DNA of 59,497 nucleotides from an uncultured Bacteroidota bacterium (GTDB lineage Bacteria; Bacteroidota; Bacteroidia; UBA4408): NCBI GenBank assembly GCA_903840505.1, contig CAIMGI010000014.1:1-59497 (forward strand), given 5' to 3'. The notes under the pieces are model-generated. The model was given only the letters and a program-made list of their open reading frames with translations. It ran no database searches and was not told where the DNA came from. This document shows, piece after piece, positions 20,498 to 29,045 of this stretch. Made by a program: the position numbers and the translations under genes. Numbering within the stretch: position 1 is the first letter of the stretch; each line of letters begins with the position of its first letter.

Positions 20498-21961
20498 TTA
20501 TTTAAACATTAATTCAAACGTTTTTTTCAATTCTTCCAAATCATCAAAAGGGTATTTAACCCCTTTGATTTCTTGGTATTTTTCGTGTCCTTTTCCGGCT
20601 ATTAATATTATATCACCCGGCTTTGCTAAAGAACAAGCTGTTTTAATCGCTTCTTTTCTATCGGTAATACTTAATACCTTTTTAAAATAAACTCCATCTA
20701 TCCCTTGCTTCATTTGGGTAATTATTTCTTCCGGATTTTCACTGCGGGGATTATCGGAAGTAAGAATTACTCTGTCACTTTGCTCACAAGCAATTTGAGC
20801 CATTATTGGGCGTTTAAACGGATCGCGATCACCACCGCAACCAACTAAACTTATTACTTGTTCGTTTCCTGTTCTTATATCCTTAATTGTTTTCAGAACA
20901 TTGCTTAATGCATCGGGAGTATGCGCATAATCAACTATTCCTATGATACCATTGACAGAGCGTATATATTCAAATCTACCTTCAACAGAATTTAAATTAC
21001 TCAATGCTGTAAGAATATTTGTTTTATCTTCTCTGAGCATACTTGCAACGGCATAGGCCAGTGTAACATTATAAGCATTAAATGCTCCAATTAATTTTAT
21101 CCAAAGCTCCTGTCCATCAATGTTTAGTAGCATTCCTGAGAGTTGACTCTCCATTATTTTGCATTTAAAATCTGCCGTTGTTTTTAATGCATATGTTTTA
21201 CGAACCGCACGTGTATTTTGCAGCATCAACTCTCCATTCCTATCGTCTTTATTTACTATTGCAAAAGCACTACTGCTCAACTTGTCAAAAAATTCCTTTT
21301 TTGCAGCTAGGTAGTTGTCGAATGTTTTATGATAATCTAAATGGTCGTGCGTTATATTGGTAAATGCAGCTCCAGTAAAGTGAATTCCTGCAATTCTATT
21401 TTGTACTACCGCGTGAGAACTTACTTCCATAAAACAAAAAGTGCAAGAAGCTTCTACCATTTTTTCAAGCAAAGCATTCAAGGAAATAGCATCGGGAGTA
21501 GTATGCGTAGCGGGTACTTCTTCACCATTAATTAAATTCCTTACAGTCGAAAGTAAACCCACTTTATATCCGAGCGACTTAAATAAATTGTACAACAAAG
21601 TAACTGTGGTGGTTTTTCCATTCGTACCCGTTATGCCTACCAACTTTATTTTTTCAGATGGATTATCATAAAAATTTGCTGCCATTATTCCAAGTGCAAG
21701 ACTTGTATCCTTTACTTGCACATAGGTAATTTTCTCATTCAACAGTTCCGGTAACACTTCACAAACAATTGCAACCGCTCCTGATTTTATCGATTGTTCA
21801 ATAAAATTATGTCCATCTACAGAAGTTCCTCGAGTTGCAACAAACAAAGTAAACTTATCTACTTTACGAGAATCAAAACAGATGGAATCGATAGCAACAT
21901 TGGTGCTGCCAATTACATTTTCAATACTTGTTTTATATAATATGTCGCGTAATAATTTCAT
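20498..21961 (-). CDS. murE: UDP-N-acetylmuramoyl-L-alanyl-D-glutamate--2,6-diaminopimelate ligase
   Basis: P-loop GITGTNGKTT and the DNPR motif (TSDNPRSE) associated with meso-DAP-type MurE. 487 aa. Confidence 0.93.
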   Translation of the reverse strand: MKLLRDILYKTSIENVIGSTNVAIDSICFDSRKVDKFTLFVATRGTSVDGHNFIEQSIKSGAVAIVCEVLPELLNEKITYVQVKDTSLALGIMAANFYDNPSEKIKLVGITGTNGKTTTVTLLYNLFKSLGYKVGLLSTVRNLINGEEVPATHTTPDAISLNALLEKMVEASCTFCFMEVSSHAVVQNRIAGIHFTGAAFTNITHDHLDYHKTFDNYLAAKKEFFDKLSSSAFAIVNKDDRNGELMLQNTRAVRKTYALKTTADFKCKIMESQLSGMLLNIDGQELWIKLIGAFNAYNVTLAYAVASMLREDKTNILTALSNLNSVEGRFEYIRSVNGIIGIVDYAHTPDALSNVLKTIKDIRTGNEQVISLVGCGGDRDPFKRPIMAQIACEQSDRVILTSDNPRSENPEEIITQMKQGIDGVYFKKVLSITDRKEAIKTACSLAKPGDIILIAGKGHEKYQEIKGVKYPFDDLEELKKTFELMFK

Positions 21962-24081
21962 TATGCTAATTCCAATAATATTTCTGTTCCTTTATTTATA
22001 GGTTTTCCTACAGCAATTGATTGCTTTATAATCTTGCCGCTACCAATTACTTTCACTCTTACTCCAATGTTTTCAAGTATATAAATAGCATCCTTTAAAC
22101 CCATTCCTATTACGTTAGGAATCTTCTTTTCACTTATTTTATTAGAAGTAAGAGTCACATTACTTTTATCCGGATTGGTAATTATCCATTCTGAATTTAC
22201 TGTATAATTAGTGGTTGTATTCACACCTAAAATACTCGCCAACGATTCAATATCTTGTCGGTTACCATTTTTTACAAAAGGTGTTCTTACTCCTTTATAG
22301 CTTGTATCCGGTTCTATGGATTTATGCATATCTAAACTGGTAGAATAAACTTTATCGGCTATTTCTTTGAAAATTGGACCTGCCACAACATTGCCATAAA
22401 ACACTCCGTTTGAAGGAGCACTTACTAATACCATACAGGAATACCTGGGGTTTTCAGCCGGAAAATAACCAACAAAAGATGCATTGTAAACAACTTTCGA
22501 ACCTCCATTTTTATATTTACCACCAACCGCTATTTGAGCTGTTCCTGTTTTTCCTGCTATTTTATAGCTTGCTGCTTTTAAGTTTTTTGCCGTTCCATTT
22601 TCAACCACTCCCTCCATCATTTTTTTTGCCTTCTCAATGGTTTGTTCCGAACAAATGGATGGGTTAATAACTTGTGTTCCATATTTTTTCAGAGCCTTTC
22701 CATTCTTTCTTACTTCATTCACAAAAATGGGCTTTACCATTTTTCCACCATTGGCTACAGCATTGTAAAAGGTAAGTATTTGTAAAGGGGTCATTAACAA
22801 TTCGTAACCTCTCGACATTGAAGGTAAAGTTGTTCCGTACCAATCTTTATCAGAAGTTTTTTTAATCTTAGGAACTCCTTCCCCACTTATCTCAAGTCCT
22901 AAAGGAGTATTTAAATTCATACTATAAAGTCTATCAATAAATTTCTGCGGGTCCTTTGAGTAATATTTGTAAATTATCTTTGCTACTGCAACATTTGACG
23001 ATTGCTCAAATGCCTGCTTAATACTGATTTTTCTTTTAGCGGGTTCGTGTGAATCTTTAATTACTAAATCCAAAAATTTGTGTGTACCATTTTCAATATC
23101 AACAGTATCGTCAATGTCAATAAAACCATCCTCAATTGCAGCTATATAGGAAGCCAATTTAAAAGTAGAGCCCGGCTCTATGGAAGAACCAATTGCGTAA
23201 TTATAATTTTCCTTATACACATTCGTATCCTTTCTGGAGAGGTTCGCAATGGCCTTTATTTGTCCTGTTTTTACCTCCATTAAAATAACACATCCGTAGC
23301 CCGCATCATTTTTCATTAACTGTGCCATTAGAGCGTGTTCGGCTACATCTTGAATATTTACATCAATTGTTGTAATGATATCACAACCATCTTCGGGCTC
23401 CACATCAATATCATTACTAATAGGCATCCACACACCTCCTGCAATTTTTTGCATAAGTCGCTTTCCACTTACACCTGTTAACTGATTGTTGTAGGACCCT
23501 TCAATTCCAACAGGTTGAACATCCTCTCGAACATATCCAATGGTACGTGCAGCTAAGTCACGAAAAGGTAATTCCCTCCTACTCTTTTGTACATAAATTA
23601 AACCTCCTTTGTATTTTCCCAATCGAAACATCGGGAACTTTCTCATTGCTTTTAAATCGGAGTAGCGGACATTGTCTCTAATAAAATGATAACGCTCCCC
23701 ATTTTTTCGCGCTTTTTTTATTTGTATTTTATATTGATTAGCCGATTTATCCTTAAACATATTGGCCAAACAAATAGAGAGCGAATCGATATTATCATTA
23801 AATACCTTATCCGTTAATGGGTCGGCATTTACATCCATACGGATTTCATAAATAGGAACCGATGTAGCAAGCAAACTACCATCACTGGAATAAACACTTC
23901 CTCGCGAAGCATCTATATTAACATAAGAAGTAGTGAGCGATTTTGATTTTTCTTTCCACATATCACCCTCCACAAATTGAAGCTTAACAATACGAAAAAC
24001 AATGGCAAAGCCGAAGATGCAGATAAAGACATACAACAAGTAAATTCTCCACAGTATGTCTTTGCGTGCGTCTAATGCCAT
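21961..24081 (-). CDS. ftsI: penicillin-binding protein (FtsI/PBP3-type transpeptidase) with C-terminal PASTA domain
   Basis: N-terminal TM anchor, SxxK (GSTFK), SSN and KTGT (AGKTGTAQ) motifs. The C-terminal ~60 aa (PNVIGMGLKDAIYILENIGVRVKVIGSGKI) look PASTA-like. Confidence 0.92.
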   Translation of the reverse strand: MALDARKDILWRIYLLYVFICIFGFAIVFRIVKLQFVEGDMWKEKSKSLTTSYVNIDASRGSVYSSDGSLLATSVPIYEIRMDVNADPLTDKVFNDNIDSLSICLANMFKDKSANQYKIQIKKARKNGERYHFIRDNVRYSDLKAMRKFPMFRLGKYKGGLIYVQKSRRELPFRDLAARTIGYVREDVQPVGIEGSYNNQLTGVSGKRLMQKIAGGVWMPISNDIDVEPEDGCDIITTIDVNIQDVAEHALMAQLMKNDAGYGCVILMEVKTGQIKAIANLSRKDTNVYKENYNYAIGSSIEPGSTFKLASYIAAIEDGFIDIDDTVDIENGTHKFLDLVIKDSHEPAKRKISIKQAFEQSSNVAVAKIIYKYYSKDPQKFIDRLYSMNLNTPLGLEISGEGVPKIKKTSDKDWYGTTLPSMSRGYELLMTPLQILTFYNAVANGGKMVKPIFVNEVRKNGKALKKYGTQVINPSICSEQTIEKAKKMMEGVVENGTAKNLKAASYKIAGKTGTAQIAVGGKYKNGGSKVVYNASFVGYFPAENPRYSCMVLVSAPSNGVFYGNVVAGPIFKEIADKVYSTSLDMHKSIEPDTSYKGVRTPFVKNGNRQDIESLASILGVNTTTNYTVNSEWIITNPDKSNVTLTSNKISEKKIPNVIGMGLKDAIYILENIGVRVKVIGSGKIIKQSIAVGKPINKGTEILLELA

Positions 24082-24085
24082 AGTG

Positions 24086-24502
24086 TTAGTTACCTATTAC
24101 GATTTTTTTTGGTGGAACAACGGATTCTTTAATCCCATAATTTAAAGCAGCCTTTGCAACCTCTGATTGCTTGCTGATAAACATCAAATCTGATTTAGTA
24201 GTAATGTATTCTGATCTCAATTCTTTTAATTCGTTTGTTACATTGTTAATTCTTCTCACCGTTTTTTCAGCATAGTATGTATTTGATATGTAAAGAATAG
24301 CCATTAGCGTCAGAAAAAAAACAAAAGGCAATTGCTGAAGTGTAAAATCTTTCGTGAGAAAGTTCCCATTTACCAAATCAAGGAATGTTCTACCAGCCTT
24401 GCTTCTTTGTTTCCTTACGGTTGGTTCCGAATCAATCGAAGGTTCGTTTATCTCCTCAATTTCAGCTTCCACTTCTTTTACTTTAAATTCGTTTTTACTC
24501 AT
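24086..24502 (-). CDS. ftsL: FtsL-like cell division protein
   Basis: 138 aa, single TM helix followed by a coiled-coil-like segment. It occupies the conserved slot between rsmH and ftsI and overlaps rsmH by 4 nt. Confidence 0.7.
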   Translation of the reverse strand: MSKNEFKVKEVEAEIEEINEPSIDSEPTVRKQRSKAGRTFLDLVNGNFLTKDFTLQQLPFVFFLTLMAILYISNTYYAEKTVRRINNVTNELKELRSEYITTKSDLMFISKQSEVAKAALNYGIKESVVPPKKIVIGN

Positions 24503-25398
24503 ACTATTTTTTGAGCTATTCTTAATTTAGCACTTCGAGCCCTATTGTTTTCAATTATTTCCTGCTCATCGGGCACTATTGGTTTTCTACTGATCAATTC
24601 AAATGGTGAATTTATATTCCCATATATATCCTTATCAAGCTCTCCTTCAAACTTTCCCTTTTTCATAAAATTTTTAACCAACCTATCTTCCAAAGAGTGG
24701 TAAGAAATAACTACCAACCTTCCTCCTTTTACTAATACCTCTTGGCTCTGCATCAACATTTTTTTCAGTGCTTCCAATTCATTGTTCACTTCTATTCTTA
24801 ATGCTTGAAAGACCTGAGCTAAGTATTGATTTTCCTTTTTTGGAGGAATGCACTTACTGATGGCCCATTTTAAATCGCTTACTGTTTCAATCGATTTCAC
24901 TTTTCTATTTGTTACAATTGCATAGGCAAGTCGTTTTGAATTTTCAACTTCTCCGTAGCTTGAAAAAATCTGCACCAATTGCTTCTCTTCATATTTATTC
25001 AAAATAACAGATGCGGTTAAAGATGAATCAGTATCCATTCGCATATCCAGATTAGCGTCAAATCGTATTGAAAACCCTCTGCTTGCTTCATTAAATTGAT
25101 GTGACGAAACCCCCAAATCAGCCAATATCCCATGAACTTCAAAAATTCCATTTTCGTTCAAAGCTTCTTTCAGATTGCTAAAATTGTTTCGAATAAATAT
25201 GAGTTTATCGTTGTCAACTTTATTTTTTAAAGCATCTGCATCTTGATCAAAAACAATCAACTTCCCCTTTTTCAAAAGCTTTAAAATTTCGGCTGAATGA
25301 CCTCCACCTCCATAAGTTACATCAACATAAACTCCATCAGGGTTAATGTTAAGCGCATTTATACAAGTATGTAAAAGAACGGGAATATGGTACAGCAT
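24499..25398 (-). CDS. rsmH: 16S rRNA (cytosine1402-N4)-methyltransferase
   Basis: HIPVLL N-terminus and SAM-binding DVTYGGGGHS. 299 aa, directly downstream of mraZ. Confidence 0.95.
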   Translation of the reverse strand: MLYHIPVLLHTCINALNINPDGVYVDVTYGGGGHSAEILKLLKKGKLIVFDQDADALKNKVDNDKLIFIRNNFSNLKEALNENGIFEVHGILADLGVSSHQFNEASRGFSIRFDANLDMRMDTDSSLTASVILNKYEEKQLVQIFSSYGEVENSKRLAYAIVTNRKVKSIETVSDLKWAISKCIPPKKENQYLAQVFQALRIEVNNELEALKKMLMQSQEVLVKGGRLVVISYHSLEDRLVKNFMKKGKFEGELDKDIYGNINSPFELISRKPIVPDEQEIIENNRARSAKLRIAQKIV

Positions 25399-25401
25399 TC
25401 G

Positions 25402-25872
25402 CTATTCACCAATACTCTTATTACCCATCACCTCTTCCGCCAATTTTTCAAAATCAACTGCACCTGCCTTGATATTTTTTTCATATGTTTTCTTATCCCA
25501 TATCTCTATCAAATTCCCTGATGCGCTCATTACAATATCTTTCTTGATTCCTGCAAAAACAATCAACTCTTTTGGAATTAACAAACGAGAAGTGTTATCC
25601 AACTCTAACGGCTTCACACCGTAATTAAACATTCGAATAAACTCTACATTTTTCTTCACGAAACGATTGAGTTTATTTACATCCTTTACCAAATCATTCC
25701 AAGCCGTCATTGGGTACAACTCAAGCGACTTACTAAAAATACTTTGCTTGATAACAAAGCCATCTTTAACAAACGCAGATAACTGCTTCTTGAATGCATT
25801 AGGTAACATCACTCGCCCTTTTGCATCAGCAGTTGCTTCGTAAACTCCAAATATGGTAGTGTTTAATTGCAT
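25402..25872 (-). CDS. mraZ: division/cell wall cluster transcriptional repressor MraZ
   Basis: Two SpoVT/AbrB-like half-domains with DAKGRVMLP and LDNTSRLLIP motifs. It is the first gene of the dcw cluster. Confidence 0.93.
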   Translation of the reverse strand: MQLNTTIFGVYEATADAKGRVMLPNAFKKQLSAFVKDGFVIKQSIFSKSLELYPMTAWNDLVKDVNKLNRFVKKNVEFIRMFNYGVKPLELDNTSRLLIPKELIVFAGIKKDIVMSASGNLIEIWDKKTYEKNIKAGAVDFEKLAEEVMGNKSIGE

Positions 25873-25900
25873 TGTTTAAGGTGTAAAAATAAATCTTTTT

Positions 25901-25930
25901 TACCACTTTTTACCACTTTTTACCACTTTT
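25901..25930 (-). promoter_or_regulatory. putative MraZ operator: three perfect tandem 10-bp repeats
   Basis: The plus strand reads TACCACTTTT x3 with exact 10-bp periodicity (minus strand AAAAGTGGTA x3). The repeats sit 29-58 nt upstream of the mraZ ATG. The GTGG core with helical-turn spacing matches the repeat architecture of characterised MraZ boxes. Confidence 0.65.
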
Positions 25931-26060
25931 GTTGATAACTTTTCAATTATTGAAAAAAAATGCGGCATTACTATTTATCAAACAGGCTTATTTGAGAGAA
26001 CGTTAAGAAGCACTGAAGGCTATGCAATAAGCGGGATTGGCAAAACAAAACTTTAAATTG

Positions 26061-26068
26061 TATTTTTG
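26061..26068 (+). promoter_or_regulatory. Bacteroidota -7 promoter box (TAnnTTTG)
   Basis: TATTTTTG is an exact match to the TAnnTTTG consensus, 32 nt upstream of the ATG at 26100. It lies inside the longer TTG-started ORF call, which supports the shorter gene model. Confidence 0.4.
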
Positions 26069-26099
26069 CATTCACAACAAGCATTATCAAAAAAACTAT

Positions 26100-26951
26100 A
26101 TGACTAAAATCGAAGCGGATAAATTCGTTGATGTTGAAAACATCATCAAAAAAAAGAACCCTAAACTGTTGCGACTTCTTCCTCAATTTATTTTGAACTA
26201 TGTAAAAAAAATAATTCACGAAAACGATATAAATGCATTCATTAAGGCACACGGGCAAAAAAAAGAATTTGAATTCATAAACGAAGTATTGAATGAATTT
26301 AAGGTCACGGTGAAGGTATATGGAATTGAAAATCTACCTGAAAACGAAGGTTGCATTGTAGCATCAAATCATCCTTTAGGTGGACTTGATGGCATAGCTC
26401 TCATTCAACAAGTAGCTACGAAAAGAAAAGATTTGAGGTTTATTGTAAACGACATTTTACTTGGAGTTGAAAATATTCAAAAACTTTTTATTCCTGTAAA
26501 TAAACACGGTAAGCATACAGTTAAAATGCTTGAAGAAATGAACAAACAATATGATTCCAATGGAGTAACACTTATATTTCCTGCAGGACTAGTTTCACGA
26601 AAACAAGGAGGCGTTATTAAAGACTTGGAGTGGAAAAAAAGCTTTATCAGCAAATCAAGACAATACAAAAAAAACATTATTCCTGTATTCATTAGCGGCA
26701 CAAATTCGCCTTTTTTTTATAATCTTTCTATGTGGCGAAAAAGAATAGGAATAAAAGCAAACATAGAAATGTTTTATCTTGTAGATGAAATGTATAAACA
26801 AAGAAATAAAACGATAAATATTATATTTGGGAAACCAATTAAATACATTGAATTAACTGCCAATAAAAGAGATGCAGAATGGGCAGCTGAGATAAAAGAT
26901 TCTGTTTATGGTTTAGAGGCTGCTTTTTTAAAAACAAAAAACAAATTATGA
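26100..26951 (+). CDS. lysophospholipid/PlsC-family O-acyltransferase (GlsA-like)
   Basis: Acyltransferase histidine box ASNHPLGGLDG and the FPAG motif (IFPAGLVSR). It overlaps the downstream N-acyltransferase gene by 4 nt. I moved the start from the TTG at 26037 to the ATG at 26100. Confidence 0.7.
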   Translation: MTKIEADKFVDVENIIKKKNPKLLRLLPQFILNYVKKIIHENDINAFIKAHGQKKEFEFINEVLNEFKVTVKVYGIENLPENEGCIVASNHPLGGLDGIALIQQVATKRKDLRFIVNDILLGVENIQKLFIPVNKHGKHTVKMLEEMNKQYDSNGVTLIFPAGLVSRKQGGVIKDLEWKKSFISKSRQYKKNIIPVFISGTNSPFFYNLSMWRKRIGIKANIEMFYLVDEMYKQRNKTINIIFGKPIKYIELTANKRDAEWAAEIKDSVYGLEAAFLKTKNKL

Positions 26952-27874
26952 TTCCTGTTATAGCTCCAATCGAAAAAACACTTATTAAAGCCGAGCTAAC
27001 AAAAGACAGATTTGTCAGAGAAAGCAACAAAGGCGATAATGAAATCTACATTTTAAACTATTTCAATAGTCCGAATGTGATGCGAGAAATTGCCCGTTTG
27101 CGAGAGATTACATTTCGCTTGGCAGGTGGTGGTACCGGAAAAGAAATTGACATAGATGAATTTGACACTTGCGAAACACCTTATCAACAGCTAATTGTGT
27201 GGGATCCTCGCGAAGAAGAAATAATTGGAGGCTATCGTTACATACGTTGTGCTGATGCTAAAAAAGATGAGAATGGAGTACCACATCTTTCTACTACCGA
27301 AATACTGCATTTTTCGCAGACATTTATTACTAAATACTTACCCTATACCATTGAACTTGGGAGATCATTTGTGCAACCAAAATACCAACCAAGTGCCGAG
27401 AACAGAAAGGGATTATTTTCATTGGATAACCTTTGGGATGGACTCGGAGCCTTGGTAATTGACAACCCCGATGTAATGTATTTTACAGGAAAGGTAACAA
27501 TGTATCCCGACTATAATATTACCGCCCGGGACTTGATACTTACATTTATGCATTACTATTTTCCAGATAATGAAAATTTAGTAACCCCAATTAAGCCGCT
27601 AAAATTATTAGGGGATAAAGAAAAGATGGAAGCTTTATTTAAAGGACTTGATTATAAGGAAGGACATAAAGTATTACACCAAGAAGTTAAAGCTCTTGGA
27701 GAAAACATCCCCCCGCTTATTAACTCTTATATGAGTCTTTCAGCAACTATGAAAACTTTTGGAACAGCCATTAACGATCACTTTGGCGATGTGGAAGAAA
27801 CGGGAATCATTGTTACGATTGCCGATATCTTTCCTTCAAAAAAAGAAAGACACGTAAATACATACAAAAAATAA
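26948..27874 (+). CDS. GNAT-family amino-acid N-acyltransferase (hemolysin-like, GlsB/OlsB-like)
   Basis: 308 aa. The segment REIARLREITFRLAGGG resembles OlsB/GlsB-type N-acyltransferases. It is translationally coupled to the O-acyltransferase. Confidence 0.6.
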   Translation: MIPVIAPIEKTLIKAELTKDRFVRESNKGDNEIYILNYFNSPNVMREIARLREITFRLAGGGTGKEIDIDEFDTCETPYQQLIVWDPREEEIIGGYRYIRCADAKKDENGVPHLSTTEILHFSQTFITKYLPYTIELGRSFVQPKYQPSAENRKGLFSLDNLWDGLGALVIDNPDVMYFTGKVTMYPDYNITARDLILTFMHYYFPDNENLVTPIKPLKLLGDKEKMEALFKGLDYKEGHKVLHQEVKALGENIPPLINSYMSLSATMKTFGTAINDHFGDVEETGIIVTIADIFPSKKERHVNTYKK

Positions 27875-27907
27875 GGCTTTATACGCTTATAATTAATACT
27901 TTTTTAA

Positions 27908-28522
27908 ATGAAAATAACTTCGGCACAATTTGTATGTAGCAATACCGAATATAAAAAATGTCCGGAAAAAAAAATACACGAATATGCATTTATAGGACGC
28001 TCTAATGTTGGAAAGTCATCGCTCATAAATTTATTAACCGGGCAAAAGGATTTGGCAAAAACATCCTCCAAACCGGGGAAAACTCAACTTATAAATCATT
28101 TTATCATTAATGAACAGACAAACCCTTGGTACTTAGTAGATCTTCCAGGTTACGGATATGCAAAAGTGGCAAAATCGATAAAAAATACCTGGCAAAAATT
28201 TATCACTGATTATATTTCGTACCGCAATAATTTACTTTGTCTATTTGTATTGATTGATTCCCGCCACGAACCACAAAAAATCGATTTAGAATTTATGGAT
28301 TGGTTAGGCAACAATGAAATTCCTTTTGTAATTGCATTTACAAAATCCGATAAAATGACCCCAAGGGTTTTAACAGAAAGTATAAATAAATACCTCTCTA
28401 TACTAGGTCAAACCTGGGATGAAACCCCTACTTATTTTATTACTTCTGTTACGCTCAAAACAGGGAAAGAAGAGATTTTATCTTTCATTGAGCAAACAAA
28501 CAACAGTGTGAAACTTGTTTGA
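27908..28522 (+). CDS. engB: ribosome biogenesis GTP-binding protein YihA/EngB
   Basis: G1 GRSNVGKSSLIN, G3 DLPGYG and G4 TKSDK motifs. 204 aa. Confidence 0.92.
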   Translation: MKITSAQFVCSNTEYKKCPEKKIHEYAFIGRSNVGKSSLINLLTGQKDLAKTSSKPGKTQLINHFIINEQTNPWYLVDLPGYGYAKVAKSIKNTWQKFITDYISYRNNLLCLFVLIDSRHEPQKIDLEFMDWLGNNEIPFVIAFTKSDKMTPRVLTESINKYLSILGQTWDETPTYFITSVTLKTGKEEILSFIEQTNNSVKLV

Positions 28523-28588
28523 AAAAACACCTTTGCTTTACATTTTTTTCTATTTTTCATTGTATCTTTACTGATAGTATAAAACACT

Positions 28589-29044
28589 ATGGAAATAATT
28601 TTGCACAACGATGATTATTTTATGCGAGAAGCATTAAAAGAAGCTCAAAAAGCATTTGATGCCGATGAAGTGCCTGTTGGGGCAGTAATTGTTTGTAAGA
28701 ATAAAATAATTGCGCGAGCACATAATTATACACAGCGCTTAAACGATGTTACTGCACACGCTGAAATGCAAGCCTACACATCTGCAGCTGAACACCTAGG
28801 GGGGAAATACTTAAATGAATGTACGCTATACGTTACACTTGAGCCTTGCATAATGTGTGCAGGAGCCAGCTACTGGACTCAGATCAGCAAAATTGTTTAC
28901 GGTGCCTCTGACCCATCACGAGGATTTCAACGAGTCGACTACCCTGTACTTCATCCAAAAACAGTTATTTATGGCGACATATTAAAGGAAGAATGTAAAA
29001 ATTTGCTGCACACATTTTTTCAATTAAAACGGACAAAAAAATAA
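28589..29044 (+). CDS. tadA: tRNA adenosine(34) deaminase
   Basis: CDA zinc motifs HAEMQA and PCIMCAGA. 151 aa. Confidence 0.92.
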   Translation: MEIILHNDDYFMREALKEAQKAFDADEVPVGAVIVCKNKIIARAHNYTQRLNDVTAHAEMQAYTSAAEHLGGKYLNECTLYVTLEPCIMCAGASYWTQISKIVYGASDPSRGFQRVDYPVLHPKTVIYGDILKEECKNLLHTFFQLKRTKK

Positions 29045-29045
29045 A

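Noticed and set aside
25897-25930. The triple TACCACTTTT repeat considered as a CRISPR fragment or minisatellite.
   Set aside because: The units are 10 bp with no spacers and there are no cas genes. The position directly upstream of mraZ and the GTGG core fit an MraZ operator much better.
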